From NCBI GenBank assembly GCA_046727175.1, contig JBKPCD010000175.1, positions 1,669 through 65,668 of the forward strand: 64,000 bases of DNA. The letters run 5' to 3'. The notes beneath the pieces are model-generated. The model was given only the letters and a program-made list of their open reading frames with translations. It searched no databases and was not told the DNA's origin. This document shows, in pieces, positions 1-8,452 of this stretch (position 1 is the first letter of the stretch; every line of letters starts with the position of its first letter). The DNA is from Acidobacteriota bacterium (GTDB taxonomy: Bacteria > Acidobacteriota > Vicinamibacteria > Vicinamibacterales > 2-12-FULL-66-21). The translations under genes were made by a program, and so were the position numbers.

Positions 1-462
1 GGAGGCCCCGTGAGCGCCGCGCCAAACAGTTACATCGATAAGGAACGCGCGGTGCGCGTTTGCGAGAACGTCTACGGCGTCGGTGATTCGGTAGGCATGT
101 GCCGGTTCACGACGAAGCTGTTCAACAGCCCGTCGCTGCCGGGCCTCGACGAGTTCTCCGCGCAGATCGCCAACGTCACCGGCATCGAGCTGTCGGTCGC
201 CGAACTGGATCGCATCGGTCTGAACATCACCGGCGTGGAGCGCTTGATCAATCAGCGTCTCGGCGTCGGGCGTGCCGATGACACGCTGCCTGCCCGCTGG
301 TTCGACGAGCCGATCAAAGTCGGCGCGTACGCAGGGGAGCGGATCGATCGCGCCGAGTTCGATGAAATGCTGTCGCGCTTCTACGAGCTCTCGGAGCTCA
401 CAGAGGAGGGAGTGCCGAAGCGCGAGTGGCGGAAAGAGCTGGAGCAGGTCTTAGCCGGCTGA
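1..462 (+). CDS. aldehyde:ferredoxin oxidoreductase (AOR family), C-terminal fragment; 5' end outside window
   Basis: Frame 1 is open from base 1 to the stop at 460-462. Translation (..VGMCRFTTKLFNSP.., ..DTLPARWFDEP..) reads like the C-terminal domain of tungsto/molybdopterin AOR enzymes. Confidence 0.75.
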   Translation, partial: GGPVSAAPNSYIDKERAVRVCENVYGVGDSVGMCRFTTKLFNSPSLPGLDEFSAQIANVTGIELSVAELDRIGLNITGVERLINQRLGVGRADDTLPARWFDEPIKVGAYAGERIDRAEFDEMLSRFYELSELTEEGVPKREWRKELEQVLAG

Positions 463-562
463 TAAAGCGCGCCACCTGGTGACGCGCACACAGGTTCCCG
501 GATTCCGGTGCGCCGGTTCGTGGTTCCGGGTTCGCGATTCGGTGTCGGAGTGCTGGTCTAAA

Positions 563-814
563 ATGGTGACGGTGCGACTTCCCTCGACGATGCGTGTGAG
601 CGCCAGCGACACGCTCGAGATTCACGAGCCGGTCACGAGCGTCGCAGAATTGATTGACGTGCTGGATCGGCGCATTCCCGGGTTTCGCGATCAGCTCGAC
701 GACTCGGTTTTCAATTTCGCCGTGAACGATGAAATGCTGCTGTATCGCGCGCGCGATCACGCCCTTCGCGACGGTGATGTCGTGGAAGTGGTCCCGACGA
801 TCTCCGGGGGATAG
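563..814 (+). CDS. MoaD/ThiS-family ubiquitin-like sulfur-carrier protein
   Basis: 83 aa from ATG 563 (ORF 479-814 trimmed to MVTVRLPS..). Ends ..VVPTISGG-stop, the Gly-Gly C-terminus typical of MoaD/ThiS carriers. Lies directly downstream of the AOR gene. Confidence 0.65.
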   Translation: MVTVRLPSTMRVSASDTLEIHEPVTSVAELIDVLDRRIPGFRDQLDDSVFNFAVNDEMLLYRARDHALRDGDVVEVVPTISGG

Positions 815-831
815 CCGCTCGACACCGCGGT

Positions 832-941
832 GAGTAGTGAATTACGAATTGTGAATTGACTCACGACTCGGGTCCAGCGCGTAACTCCGGACGACCTGCC
901 GCAGGTGCTGTCAATTCACGATTCGCAATTTCGTTCTACTC
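832..941. repeat. low-complexity inverted repeat (GAATT-rich arms)
   Basis: Left arm gagtagtgaattacgaattgtgaattgac (832-860) pairs imperfectly with gtcaattcacgattcgcaatttcgttctactc (910-941). The loop is about 49 nt. Confidence 0.7.
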
Positions 942-986
942 GCGAGCCTCTCCGCCGCACACGCTGGGCGCGACGGAGTCGTGCAC

Positions 987-1073
987 TTACACCAAGGCGA
1001 ACACGACGATCGCGCACACGAGCAGAAGCGCTACCAGAGCTTCCGCGTTGCTCGAAACATCCATATCGAACAT
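987..1073 (-). CDS. possible 28-aa hydrophobic micro-protein
   Basis: My own minus-strand translation gives MFDMDVSSNAEALVALLLVCAIVVFALV-stop. An AAGGA lies about 11 nt upstream of the ATG (1071-1073). It is below the ORF-track size cut-off and I make no homology claim. Confidence 0.2.
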   Translation of the reverse strand: MFDMDVSSNAEALVALLLVCAIVVFALV

Positions 1074-1225
1074 GAGGGTTTCCGTCCTTTCACTTGGTTA
1101 GACGCGCAACCCCCGGGCAAAGTTTAGCGATGTCGTGTTAACTCCATGTAATTTCTGTGACGGGCGAGTGACAGATCGATGCGGCGTCGTTTCCGGTTCG
1201 CGCCCGGCGTAAGTCGGAGTTGTGA

Positions 1226-2146
1226 CTACTTCTGTGTGGTCTCGACAGCGGTGGCGACGTAACTTTTGCGCGCACGAGGCGAGACGCCGGCCCGCTTGAC
1301 TTTGACGTCCAGCTTGTGGACCTTGCCATCAAGGACCGTGGGTGAGAAGCCCAGCAGGTACTGGCTGTGCAGTTCCTGGGCTACACGGGTGAAGGTCGAC
1401 CCGAGCTCGTCCTTTCGCTTCAGAAGAAAGAAGCCGCCGCCGGTTTCCTCCGACAGCCTTTTCAACCGCCGATCGGGGCTCGAACGCGTCTGCTTCGCCC
1501 CGTCGAAGTACTCGTTCTCCAACCCAATCGAATAGACCATCACGTCGTCCTGCCGCGCCCGATCGACGACCTCTCCGGATCCGATGCGGCTCGCGTTGTC
1601 ATCTCCATCGGTGAAAACGAGGATTACCTTGCGCCCTTCGACGGGATTGAGTTGCTCGATGCTCTGATCGATGGCGTCGAACAACCGGGTCGGATATCCG
1701 AAGTCCAGCTCTTTCAATGCTCGCACCAGTTGATCGCGGTTGTCGCTGAATGGCAAACCGGGTTGCGGAATGAACTGTATCTTGTCATTGAACGCACCGA
1801 CCTTGGCCTTGTCCTGCGGGAGCAACCGTAACAGGAATTGCTCCGCGCCTTCTTTCACGAAGTCGAGCGCGACGGTCATGCTGCCGCTCGTGTCGATCAT
1901 CACGATTGCCGTGATCGGCGTCGGCTCGTTATCGAAGTTCGTGATCGTCTGCAGCTTTCCGTTGTCGTAGACCTCGAAATCCTCCTGCACGAGATCCGAG
2001 ACGAGCCGCTTCTCCTGATCGGTGACGGTCGCGAAGAGCGGCACGACGATCGAAGGTCCGACCTTGATTCGCTGCGCGTGAACGGAGATGGACAGCACGG
2101 TCGCCGTGACGACCGTCGCAAGGCAGACGAGGACGCGAATTCGCAT
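1226..2146 (-). CDS. von Willebrand factor A (VWFA) domain protein, acidobacterial type, secreted
   Basis: MIDAS-like IVMIDTSGSM and ILVFTDGDDNAS. Signal peptide starts at MRIRVLVCLATVV, so the start is trimmed to 2146. Confidence 0.8.
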   Translation of the reverse strand: MRIRVLVCLATVVTATVLSISVHAQRIKVGPSIVVPLFATVTDQEKRLVSDLVQEDFEVYDNGKLQTITNFDNEPTPITAIVMIDTSGSMTVALDFVKEGAEQFLLRLLPQDKAKVGAFNDKIQFIPQPGLPFSDNRDQLVRALKELDFGYPTRLFDAIDQSIEQLNPVEGRKVILVFTDGDDNASRIGSGEVVDRARQDDVMVYSIGLENEYFDGAKQTRSSPDRRLKRLSEETGGGFFLLKRKDELGSTFTRVAQELHSQYLLGFSPTVLDGKVHKLDVKVKRAGVSPRARKSYVATAVETTQK

Positions 2147-2379
2147 AATGGTGATCGAAAGTAACTGCAGGATTTGTTCCACGGCCCGGGTTCGAGAAAC
2201 GGCGACCTGCAGCGATGCGTCTCGAACGATTGCCTCAATCTCGAAACATCCGCGCCACCCCCAAGAGACAGTCTAACAGCCTCCCGTGCTCCACCGAACC
2301 TTCGTGAGTCAAACCCGAACTCCGACGCGACGCGCAAGAGCGAGCTCCCGGGCTACCGCACTACCGGCGCGCCATTTTC

Positions 2380-3060
2380 TCATCGACCGCGGAGGAGCTG
2401 TTCGAGAACAGGCTGGATGGCTTCAGCCATCAGGCGGTATCCGGCAGGCGAGGGATGCAATGAATCAGCCGAGTCGATCAGCTTGTCGGGGTTGCCAGGA
2501 GCGGCGACCGCCCGGCGCGTGTCGACGAACGCGACATCGGAATCCGCGCGCGACCGAATCCACGCGTTGATTCGATGCATCTTGTCGTTCTGTTCAGGTG
2601 TGGCGGTGTTGTAGGGAACAATCGTTCCTGCCACGATCCGAATTCCGGCTCGCTTCGAGCGGTCGTACATGTCACGCAACTGCTCGATCACGTGTTCGAC
2701 GGGGCGTCCCTGATAAACGTCGTTCACCCCGGCGATGATGACGACGGCGGCTGGACGCAGGTCGAGGACATCGCGGTCGAAGCGGCGGCGGATCTCATCG
2801 CTCCGCTCGCCGTTGACGCCCCGGTTCAGCACCTCCCATTCTTGATGCGCCTGCATCAACCAGTAGGCATATTGACTTGTTTCGTCTCCCTGTCCTCGCG
2901 GCGGCGCCTCGAGCGGAGACTTCCATCCGGGCGTGCCGGCAGTGGTCGAGTCGCCCAGCGCGACGATACGCGTCTTGGGCGAGCCTTGAGGCGTTCGGCC
3001 GAGCGCCATGAGTGCGGCGAGAGCCATCATCGGTTGGAGGAGACGGAGATCACGGAACAA
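2380..3060 (-). CDS. SGNH/GDSL-family hydrolase
   Basis: Block I VALGDSTTAG, block III IIAGVNDV, block V DSLHPS, plus an N-terminal signal peptide. Confidence 0.8.
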   Translation of the reverse strand: MFRDLRLLQPMMALAALMALGRTPQGSPKTRIVALGDSTTAGTPGWKSPLEAPPRGQGDETSQYAYWLMQAHQEWEVLNRGVNGERSDEIRRRFDRDVLDLRPAAVVIIAGVNDVYQGRPVEHVIEQLRDMYDRSKRAGIRIVAGTIVPYNTATPEQNDKMHRINAWIRSRADSDVAFVDTRRAVAAPGNPDKLIDSADSLHPSPAGYRLMAEAIQPVLEQLLRGR

Positions 3061-3062
3061 GC

Positions 3063-3262
3063 ATTCACCACAGAGTCACGGGGTTCACGGAGGTTAATCA
3101 GGTTAATTCATGAATCCGGGGTACCACGCATCAGACATCCGGGGTGAGATGAGTACCGTCCACTCCCCGAAGTAAAGACGAAATAGAACCGAATATCCCC
3201 GTGAGCCCCGTGCCTCCGTGGTAAAGGCCTTGTCCGTGCCCTCCGCTCGCTCCGTGTCCTCC
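3063..3262. repeat. low-complexity inverted repeat (CACGGRG units) in a divergent promoter gap
   Basis: ttcaccacagagtcacgggg (3063-3083) is near-complementary to ccccgtgcctccgtggtaaa (3207-3226). Further CCGTG/CCTCC units run to 3262. Confidence 0.6.
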
Positions 3263-3343
3263 CGAAAGCGGACTTGACTGGTCGGACATCCCGGGATACG
3301 CTTGCAAAACGAGATCAGTCTCATTTTCCCGTCGGAGCGGTTC

Positions 3344-4114
3344 ATGTTGCAGTCGTTCGTGGTGACCCTGCGTGAGGGGCTCGAAGCGTTTCTGATTGTC
3401 GCAATCAGCCTGGCCTACCTGCGAAAAACCGGGCGAGATGCACTGATTCCGGCAGTCCACTGGGGCATCGTCGCGTCTGTTCTGCTGAGCATCGGCGCCG
3501 GTGTGCTGCTCGCTCAGGCGGCAAATCAGGCGTTGTGGGAGGCGCTCCTGGCCCTGGTCGCCGCCGTTCTGGTTGCATCGCTGACGATTCACATGTGGCG
3601 AGCGGGCCGGCACATGAAGCGCGACATCGAAGGGCGTCTGGAGACCTCCTCGGTCAAAACGGGAGCTGCGGCATTCCTCGGCGTTTTCGCGTTCACGCTG
3701 CTGATGATCACGCGCGAGGGCATGGAGACGGCGCTGCTCATGAACGCGCTCGTCTTTCAAGTTCGATCGCCGAACATCCTCACCGGTGCACTGGCCGGCA
3801 CGGCCGCTGCCGCCTCGGTCGCCTGGTTGTGGTCGCGTTACGGACATCGCGTTAACCTCGCGAGGTTCTTCCAGGTCACCGCTATCTTCCTGCTCGTCTT
3901 CGTCGTGCAACTCGTCATCTACGGCTTCCACGAGCTGACGGAGGCGAACATCTTCCCCGGCAGTCAACCCTGGCACGATGCGACGGAGCCGTATGGACCC
4001 GACGGCATCTATGGTCAGTATCTGACTTACCTCCTCGTGCTCTTGCCGCTCGGGTGGCTCGTGATCTCGAGTCTTCGACACCGGAGCCACGCGCAGCGGT
4101 CGCAGGCAGCGTAG
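3344..4114 (+). CDS. FTR1-family high-affinity iron permease
   Basis: Two REXXE motifs (TLREGLEAFLIV and ITREGMETALL) in a polytopic membrane protein. Start trimmed to ATG 3344. Confidence 0.8.
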   Translation: MLQSFVVTLREGLEAFLIVAISLAYLRKTGRDALIPAVHWGIVASVLLSIGAGVLLAQAANQALWEALLALVAAVLVASLTIHMWRAGRHMKRDIEGRLETSSVKTGAAAFLGVFAFTLLMITREGMETALLMNALVFQVRSPNILTGALAGTAAAASVAWLWSRYGHRVNLARFFQVTAIFLLVFVVQLVIYGFHELTEANIFPGSQPWHDATEPYGPDGIYGQYLTYLLVLLPLGWLVISSLRHRSHAQRSQAA

Positions 4115-4121
4115 CGAGCAA

Positions 4122-4180
4122 GAGGTTCCCGGTTCCCGGTTCCAGGTTCAGAAGGTTCGGAACCGGGAACGGTGAACCTC
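4122..4180. repeat. low-complexity hairpin (GGTTCCC units)
   Basis: gaggttcccggttcccggttcc (4122-4143) pairs with ggaaccgggaacggtgaacctc (4159-4180) at 20 of 22 positions. Lies just after the FTR1 stop. Confidence 0.8.
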
Positions 4181-4199
4181 GCTGGCGTAGAATCGGCGG

Positions 4200-4616
4200 A
4201 TGGTCCAGAAACCGCCGACACAAGTCCAGCTGATCTGGGAGCACGACCTCGTGGTCGGCGGGTCCATGGGTGATGTCAGGCTGACCTTCGACAGCGCCGG
4301 GATCGCAGGACCCTCGCCCGTGCAGACACTCGCGTTTGCGCTCGCGGCCTGCATGGCGATGGACGTCGTCCACATCCTGCGCAAAGGCCGGTACGATCTG
4401 CGCGGGCTCAAGGCGACCTTCACCGGCCATCGCGCGCCGGAGGCACCACGGCGGTTCACGTCGACCGAATTGCACTTCACAATCACCGGAAGCGTCCCCG
4501 ACGATCAAGTACAGCGCGCAATCGATCTTTCCCGCGAGAAATACTGCTCCGTCTGGCACTCAATGCGCCAGGACATCGCCTTCACGGTCACCTTCAAGGT
4601 CACGGGCGGACTCTAA
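4200..4616 (+). CDS. OsmC/Ohr-family peroxiredoxin-like protein
   Basis: 138 aa with the family size and the two conserved Cys contexts (..LAACMAMD.., ..KYCSVWHS..). Confidence 0.75.
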   Translation: MVQKPPTQVQLIWEHDLVVGGSMGDVRLTFDSAGIAGPSPVQTLAFALAACMAMDVVHILRKGRYDLRGLKATFTGHRAPEAPRRFTSTELHFTITGSVPDDQVQRAIDLSREKYCSVWHSMRQDIAFTVTFKVTGGL

Positions 4617-4650
4617 CGCCGTCCGCCCGCAGGCAGAAGGTAGAGTCGAG

Positions 4651-4732
4651 CAGGCCGCTGAAAAAGGCGGCCTGATCGAAAATGGCAAATGGGAGTGGCA
4701 AAATGCAGAGGTTTTTCCCATTTTCCATTTAC
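4651..4732 (+). repeat. composite intergenic element, copy 1: GC hairpin with CTGAAAAAG loop, then AAATGGCAAATGGGA / TCCCATTTCC inverted repeat
   Basis: caggccgc-tgaaaaag-gcggcctg (4651-4674) looks like a terminator stem. It is followed by aaaatggcaaatgggag ... ttcccattttccattt. About 80 percent identical to 37146-37218. Confidence 0.7.
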
Positions 4733-5890
4733 CATCTGCCGCGCGCAGACCTCGAGAAACCGCCAGCACGCCGCGGGTACCTGGATTGGATGCGGGGCCT
4801 CGCTGTCCTCATCATGATCGAGGCACACGTCATCGACAGCTGGACGGGGGGAGCGGATCGCGACAGCGTAGGGTTCAGGTGGTCGGCAACTCTCGGCGGT
4901 TTCGGTGCGCCGCTCTTTCTCTTTCTTGCCGGCGTGGCGGCTGTCCTCTCGGCTGGCGGGAAGTCGAGGCGCAACGGCAGCGCGTCGGATGCCTCGCGCG
5001 CCGTGGCGCGTCGGGGAGCCCAGATCTTCGGGCTCGCGTTTCTATTCCGCATTCAGGCGTGGATACTTGGCCGGGGACCCGCGTGGACGCTGCTCCGTGT
5101 CGACATCCTCAACATCATGGGACCGTCGATCGTGGCTGCGGCCGCACTGTGGCGCTCCAGCACGACATCGCGCAGCCGTTATCTCGCGTTCGCTGTCGCG
5201 ACGGTTGCCGTGCCGCTTGTGACACCAATCGTTCGCGGGCTTGACGCACTGGCCGTCCTTCCCGATCCATTGGAGGCGTACGTTCGCCCGACTTCGAGTT
5301 TGAACAACTTCATGCTGTTCCCGTGGTGCGGGTTCGTGTTCGCCGGCGGACTGCTTGGCCTGCTGATCGACGCGAACCGCAGCCGCGCGGACGAAGTGCG
5401 TCTCGCGTCGCGAGTCTCGGTCGGCGGGCTGATGATTTCAGCAAGTTCGTTCGGGCTCTCGTTTCTGCCGAGCCCGTACCCCTCGTCCTATTTCTGGACG
5501 ACGTCTCCGTGCTTTTTCTTTCTGCGCGCTGGTCTCATGGCCGCCAGTCTTGGCCTGGTCTCACTCGGGTATCTTCGCCGACGCGCGGTTGGTTCCTGGA
5601 ACCCCATCGAGCAGCTCGGACGCACGTCGCTGTTCATTTACTGGATTCACGTCGAGATGGTGTACGGCCTCGTTTCGAGATCGCTACACCAGTCGCTGAC
5701 TCTCGGACAGGCCTGGCTGGCCTGGGCGATCTTCAGCGGCTTCATGCTCGTATGCTCGATCGGCAGGGATCGTTTCGTCGCGTGGTGGCAGATGCGTCAA
5801 CCCGGCTCCGGCGACTTCGACACGACCGTTTATTCGGACCGAATCGCAGCGAGTGGGTCGACGCCAGCGGCGCGCCGGGCCGGCAGGTAG
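4703..5890 (+). CDS. DUF1624 / heparan-alpha-glucosaminide N-acetyltransferase-like polytopic membrane protein
   Basis: ..RRGYLDWMRGLAVLIMIEAH.. N-terminal signature followed by about 9-10 TM segments. Start is uncertain (ATG 4682 or 4703); both lie inside the repeat element. Confidence 0.6.
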   Translation: MQRFFPFSIYHLPRADLEKPPARRGYLDWMRGLAVLIMIEAHVIDSWTGGADRDSVGFRWSATLGGFGAPLFLFLAGVAAVLSAGGKSRRNGSASDASRAVARRGAQIFGLAFLFRIQAWILGRGPAWTLLRVDILNIMGPSIVAAAALWRSSTTSRSRYLAFAVATVAVPLVTPIVRGLDALAVLPDPLEAYVRPTSSLNNFMLFPWCGFVFAGGLLGLLIDANRSRADEVRLASRVSVGGLMISASSFGLSFLPSPYPSSYFWTTSPCFFFLRAGLMAASLGLVSLGYLRRRAVGSWNPIEQLGRTSLFIYWIHVEMVYGLVSRSLHQSLTLGQAWLAWAIFSGFMLVCSIGRDRFVAWWQMRQPGSGDFDTTVYSDRIAASGSTPAARRAGR

Positions 5891-8253
5891 CAGGCGACCG
5901 ACACCGCCAGTCCAAGCAAGGCCGCAGCGGTCACGAAGCTGATGATGTCGAGCGGCACGATGCCGAAGAGGAGTGTTCTCATCGAGCGTGCCGCGATCAG
6001 CGCGAGCGGAATGCCTGCGGCAATGCCGAACGCGGCGGTATCACCGATGCCGCGGAACACGACGAGGATGATGTCGCGCCGCGTGGCACCGAGCGCCATC
6101 CGGACACCGAACTCCTTGGTCCGGATGCTGACGGCGTACGCGACGAGGGCGTGCACGCCGCTCGCGGCAAGGAGCAGCGCAAGCGCCGCGAATGCGCTCA
6201 GAAGCGCGGACGTGAACGTCCAGGGTTTTCGCGCGTCCTCGACCAGGCCTTCCAACGTCGTGATCTCAATCGGCTGATTGGCATCGAGCTGGCGAATGGC
6301 GGTACGAACAGCACCGGCGATGCTTTCCGGGCGTGCGGTCGTTCTGACCGCCCACGTTTTCACCGACCAGGCGGGCGTGAACAAGTCGAGACGCGGTTCC
6401 GCGAGCTCACGATGGCGCAGGGTTGCAACGACACCCACAATCGTAGTGAAAGGATCGTTGTCCGATCCCCGAAATACTCGAAGCTTCCGGCCGACCACAT
6501 CGGTGCGGCCCCACAACCGCAGTGCGGTTATTTCCGTGACGATCGCAACCGGCGGCGCGACATCGATATCCGCCTCGGTAAACAGACGGCCGGCAAGAAG
6601 GCGCATGCCGATCGCGGAAAAGTATCCAGGCGTGACCCGCAGGTAGCTGAGGCCCGGATTTTGCTGGATGTCGGATCGTTGCTGCCCTTCCACCTGAAAT
6701 CTCGCGTCGTCGCCTATCGGTCCGAACGCGAGCGGTTTCAGCGATACGCCGCCGACTGCCTCCACTCCAGGGAGCGTTGCCAGGGTGGCGGCGATTTGGC
6801 GCGCGTACGCGGGCGTCTTGTCCACCGGCTGCGTTTCCGACCCGATCGGCACGTCGACGAGCAGCACTCGGGCCGCCGTGTAGCCGACGTCGAGCGCACG
6901 CAGGTTGAAGAAGCTTCGCGCCGCCAGGCTTGCTGCAGTCAGCACAGTTAACGTCAACGCGATCTCGGCAGCGATCAGAAATCGTCGCGTCGGTGTCGGC
7001 CCGGTGCTTTCTGCTCCGACGCGAAGCGAACCAGATCCTCCCGTTCTGTGCATGATCGGCCACATGCCTGCTACGACGGCGACGGCGATCGATACCGCGA
7101 TCAAGAACGACATCGCGCGGCCATCCAGCGCGACGTCGCTCACGTGGTCCAACACCGAAGGCGCGAGTGCCACGAACCCGCGGAGCCAGAACAACGCGGT
7201 GAGTATCGCGCCGACGACGGCCGCCGCGCACAACAGCAGCGACTCCGCCAGCAAAAGCGTCAGCAGATGGCCGGGCGATGCTCCAAGCGCCACGCGAATG
7301 CTCATCTCGCGCTCGCGCCCGGACGCGCGGACCAGGGCCATCCCCGCGACATTCGTGCAAGCCAAAAACAGCACGAGCGCGACCGCGGCGAACAGAAGCA
7401 AAAGCGCCGGTCGCGTGGGACCCAGAATGTGATCGACCAGCGGCGTCAGCGTCGCACGCTGCTCGCGCTGCCCGCCGAAGAAGCTCGGCGCGAGCGTTTT
7501 GATCCACTCGGTCGTCTCCACCTGCGCAGCCTCGATCGTGACGCCTGGAGCCAGACGCGCGAGGACATACAGGAACCCGATGTTTCGAAGATTGTCTCGC
7601 GCGTCCTGCGACAGGGTTTCCTCGAGGTGAGGCCCCAGCGCCATCCACAGCTGGGCGCCGCGTGGATAGTCGAAGGCCGGAGGCATGACACCAGCGATCG
7701 TGAACACTCGTCCGTCAAGGGACACGGGCCGTCCGATCGCCGCACGATCGCTGCCGAACCGTTCGCGCCACAGGCGATGGCTGAGTACCGCGACGCGCGG
7801 TGCCCCCGGTCGTTCGTCACTTCGGAACAGCCGCCGTCCGATCAACGGCGGAGTGCCGACGACCTCGAAGAATGACGACGAGACGGCTGAGAAGGGCAGA
7901 TTAACAGGCTCCCCGTAGCCGGTCATCACCGTATTCCAGTTCACGCTTCCGTACGCCGCAACGTGCGCGAACGCGCGCGTTTGGGTTTGCAGATCGAGGA
8001 AGTCGGGATACGACACTTCGATGAGCGGATTGTTTGGGGCGCTCCACCACAGCGTCACGAGACGCTGCTGGTCTCTGAAGGGCAGAGGACGAATGAGCGT
8101 TGCGTCGACGAGGTGAAACACCGCAGTCGCGGCCCCCGTCGCCAGGGCGAGGATTGCGGTTACAGCAAGCGCATACAAAGGCCGGCGTCTCAGCGACCGG
8201 ATCGAATAGCGCGCTTCCCGTACGAGAGCACTCGCGTGCAGCACAGCGCCCAT
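5830..8253 (-). CDS. ABC transporter permease, MacB/FtsX type with duplicated FtsX domains (ADOP-like)
   Basis: About 800 aa. N-terminal ..RYSIRSLRRRP.. motif, two MacB periplasmic plus FtsX 4-TM modules, C-terminus ..YLPARRAAGVDPLAAIRSE. Alternative start at 8313. Confidence 0.85.
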   Translation of the reverse strand: MGAVLHASALVREARYSIRSLRRRPLYALAVTAILALATGAATAVFHLVDATLIRPLPFRDQQRLVTLWWSAPNNPLIEVSYPDFLDLQTQTRAFAHVAAYGSVNWNTVMTGYGEPVNLPFSAVSSSFFEVVGTPPLIGRRLFRSDERPGAPRVAVLSHRLWRERFGSDRAAIGRPVSLDGRVFTIAGVMPPAFDYPRGAQLWMALGPHLEETLSQDARDNLRNIGFLYVLARLAPGVTIEAAQVETTEWIKTLAPSFFGGQREQRATLTPLVDHILGPTRPALLLLFAAVALVLFLACTNVAGMALVRASGREREMSIRVALGASPGHLLTLLLAESLLLCAAAVVGAILTALFWLRGFVALAPSVLDHVSDVALDGRAMSFLIAVSIAVAVVAGMWPIMHRTGGSGSLRVGAESTGPTPTRRFLIAAEIALTLTVLTAASLAARSFFNLRALDVGYTAARVLLVDVPIGSETQPVDKTPAYARQIAATLATLPGVEAVGGVSLKPLAFGPIGDDARFQVEGQQRSDIQQNPGLSYLRVTPGYFSAIGMRLLAGRLFTEADIDVAPPVAIVTEITALRLWGRTDVVGRKLRVFRGSDNDPFTTIVGVVATLRHRELAEPRLDLFTPAWSVKTWAVRTTARPESIAGAVRTAIRQLDANQPIEITTLEGLVEDARKPWTFTSALLSAFAALALLLAASGVHALVAYAVSIRTKEFGVRMALGATRRDIILVVFRGIGDTAAFGIAAGIPLALIAARSMRTLLFGIVPLDIISFVTAAALLGLAVSVACYLPARRAAGVDPLAAIRSE

Positions 8254-8452
8254 TGCAAGATCCTGCAACGAGTTACGGGATCCAACCGACGCGGTACCGG
8301 CCGCCTTGAGCATCTGCGCTCAAGCCAATGTAAAATCGGCGGACCAAAAGCGTCGGCTCGGCAACGCAAGCACTCGGGACGACGCGCCGCGATGGATTCC
8401 GGGGGTTATCACCAGCGAAACCGCAAGACGAACGGACAGGATACATCTGCAC

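Noticed and set aside
856-1101. 81-aa ORF in the gap after the MoaD-like gene.
   Set aside because: It begins inside the loop of the 832-941 inverted repeat and runs through its right arm. Its composition is low-complexity Ser/Thr/Ala/Arg, and it has no RBS.
5830-5890. 61-nt convergent overlap between the DUF1624 gene end and the ADOP permease end.
   Set aside because: The permease C-terminus (..VDPLAAIRSE) is canonical. The last ~20 residues of the DUF1624 ORF are most likely a run-on until the first stop in GC-rich antisense sequence. I see nothing functional in it.
8306-8452. N-terminal extension of the DGQHR ORF, and the 8313 start of the ADOP permease, which would make the two divergent genes overlap.
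   Set aside because: Homology-like sequence begins at MISVAAIRM (8453) for the DGQHR protein and near MGAVLHAS..RYSIRSL (8253) for the permease. The shorter starts leave a normal ~200-nt divergent promoter gap.
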